64,000 nt of DNA, taken from the NCBI GenBank assembly GCA_030654965.1, contig JAURWL010000222.1:20830-84829 (forward strand), written 5' to 3'. The translations under genes were made by a program, and so were the position numbers. How positions within the stretch are numbered: the first letter of the stretch is position 1; each line of letters opens with the position of its first letter. Origin of the DNA: Dehalococcoidales bacterium. Its GTDB lineage: Bacteria; Chloroflexota; Dehalococcoidia; Dehalococcoidales; Fen-1064. The notes under the pieces were generated by a model. That model did no database searches. It had not been told where the DNA came from and saw nothing but the letters and a program-made list of their open reading frames with translations. This document shows, piece after piece, positions 62,719-64,000 of this stretch.

Positions 62719-63717
62719 TTAAATCAGGTCGCTGATTTTTATCAGGCTCTGGTAGTCCATGACGGTGCTCATGGCATGGCTGTCAGCTTCGATACCGGCT
62801 TCTTCAGCCGCCGCTACCGGATTCAATCCACCGATGAGGACGACACCCATACGGTTAAGTTCCACGGGGATTTCACAGACGGGTTCGCTGGCGTTGCCCA
62901 TGATGAGCATGCCATCCATCCCAGCCCGCTTCAGTTTTACTATGACATCCTCGACAATGGGACGGCAGAGAGCAGGAATCTCCCGGTAGTTCGCAAGGAT
63001 TTTACCTTCGCTTTTTCGAGCAACATTGCCTACGGAGGTCATCCGGGCGCGGATGAAAACTTCAGAGGGGTCCATTGAAGAACCGGCATATTGAATCAAC
63101 TCTACAAACCGTATTGGTTTATTATTTCGAATCTCCAGAATACCCCCGAAGCGGGAATCCGTGGGGACACCGGCTTTGAGCAGACAGCCATTGATGACAA
63201 TACTGCAGACGGTTGCCAGCGCCACTTTCCCCTTGGGGACAATAGCATCGCCAAAGCGTTCCCCTTCTCTGGCGGTAGCAACGAGGTCGCTGACACACCA
63301 TCCCTTTTCAAAGACAGGTTTCATAATACGGAGGGCTTCGCCAAATTTGTCTTTGGGGAAGTAGGAGATGTTGACGGGTATCAAGCCGGCGCGCTTTTCC
63401 AGGTCGAAGTTGGTGCGGAAGGCGAGCAGTTCAATACGGGAGATGGCGAACCCAACCTTGTCCCGGACAAGGGCATCTTTCAGTTCTTCAATACCGGCTT
63501 CGGTGATGAGCCGACCATCCCTGCCGACGAGTTGGGTTAAGCCGCGCTCATCCATCAGCTTGAGGTGGTAACGGACAGCGCGCTCGCCGAGTTCTACACC
63601 CAGAGCTTTTATTTGCTGGGCGATAACACGTGCGCCGAGGGGCACTTTGGAATCTCGGAGGATTTTGAGGATAGCGATGACTTTACGTTTAACTTCCTGT
63701 ATATCCGAACCAATCAT
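62719..63717 (-). CDS. nrpR: NrpR-family regulator (winged HTH + one NrpR/DUF128 domain)
   Basis: 332 aa. The N-terminus ILKILRDSKVPLGARVIAQQIKALGVELGERAVRYHLKLMDERGL matches the NrpR HTH as recalled (..LGERAVRYHL..). It ends 15 nt upstream of hisF. Confidence 0.75.
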   Translation of the reverse strand: MIGSDIQEVKRKVIAILKILRDSKVPLGARVIAQQIKALGVELGERAVRYHLKLMDERGLTQLVGRDGRLITEAGIEELKDALVRDKVGFAISRIELLAFRTNFDLEKRAGLIPVNISYFPKDKFGEALRIMKPVFEKGWCVSDLVATAREGERFGDAIVPKGKVALATVCSIVINGCLLKAGVPTDSRFGGILEIRNNKPIRFVELIQYAGSSMDPSEVFIRARMTSVGNVARKSEGKILANYREIPALCRPIVEDVIVKLKRAGMDGMLIMGNASEPVCEIPVELNRMGVVLIGGLNPVAAAEEAGIEADSHAMSTVMDYQSLIKISDLI

Positions 63718-64000
63718 ACTACTTATTCACCTAAACGGCAACCGTTTGCCGATTACCAGCATTAAATAATAAACAAAAATCGGACAATTGTCAATAGTTT
63801 GTGCTTAAAAATTTTTCAGGCGTATGGCATGCGTAGGCAAACGGAAGGGGCAATATTCCTCCGAAGAAGCAGATACCGGGTTATTGACCGACTATGGTGA
63901 TTGCGGTGGCTGGTTTGTTTCTACTGTTGGTTCCCGCTTTGGATACACAAAAGAAACCACAAGCAATGCTACACCGATGATAGTACAAGCGAGCGTAAAA

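Noticed and set aside
63893-64000. A possible C-terminal fragment of a minus-strand membrane protein (..FTLACTIIGVALLVVSFVYPKREPTVETNQPPQSP*) at the window edge.
   Set aside because: Only 35 codons are visible. A competing 29-codon plus-strand ORF covers the same hydrophobic stretch, so the two cannot be told apart.

Overview
This 64-kb window is densely coding, with most operons on the minus strand. It looks like an uncultivated anaerobic bacterium, perhaps Chloroflexota/Dehalococcoidia-like. That guess rests only on gene content (short EF-Ts, HoxEFU/Hym-like module, hypF-hypC, archaeal-type PurO and NrpR) and cannot be tested here. The housekeeping backbone is rpsB-tsf-pyrH-frr-uppS-cdsA-dxr-rseP, ispG, ispD-ispF-cysS, dnaE, gatB, secG, tilS, radC, ogt, sbcC and hisF. 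Accessory content includes four paired toxin-antitoxin modules plus an orphan DUF2442 gene, three of the modules with near-consensus promoters. It also includes Nudix, HAD and GNAT paralogues, an ABC-2 exporter, an orphan DppB-like permease and a secreted SNase-type nuclease. No rRNA, tRNA, CRISPR array, transposase or integrase was found. Main hunt results follow. (1) A 77-codon Nfu/NifU-like gene is invisible in the ORF track because an in-frame UGA replaces the second Cys of its CxxC motif. A hairpin sits about 20 nt downstream, making it a candidate selenoprotein. (2) An nrpR-hisF-gltS(FMN core) operon lies next to an orphan HoxEFU-like diaphorase and an LhgO-like flavoenzyme, forming a neighbourhood centred on 2-oxoglutarate and nitrogen. 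(3) A 500-bp spacer is packed with perfect GC-rich hairpins, two of which differ by a compensatory base-pair change. (4) Several families of short dispersed intergenic repeats share TGTCATTC-type ends. (5) There is an in-frame fusion of two tandem Nudix genes. (6) An A+T-rich in-frame insertion of about 110 codons sits in rseP. (7) Smaller oddities are a frameshifted J-domain gene, a CNNM transporter with no canonical start codon, a HAD gene remnant flanking purO, and a probable leaderless DUF4258 toxin. All protein-family calls come from motif recognition by eye. No database search or computation was run.
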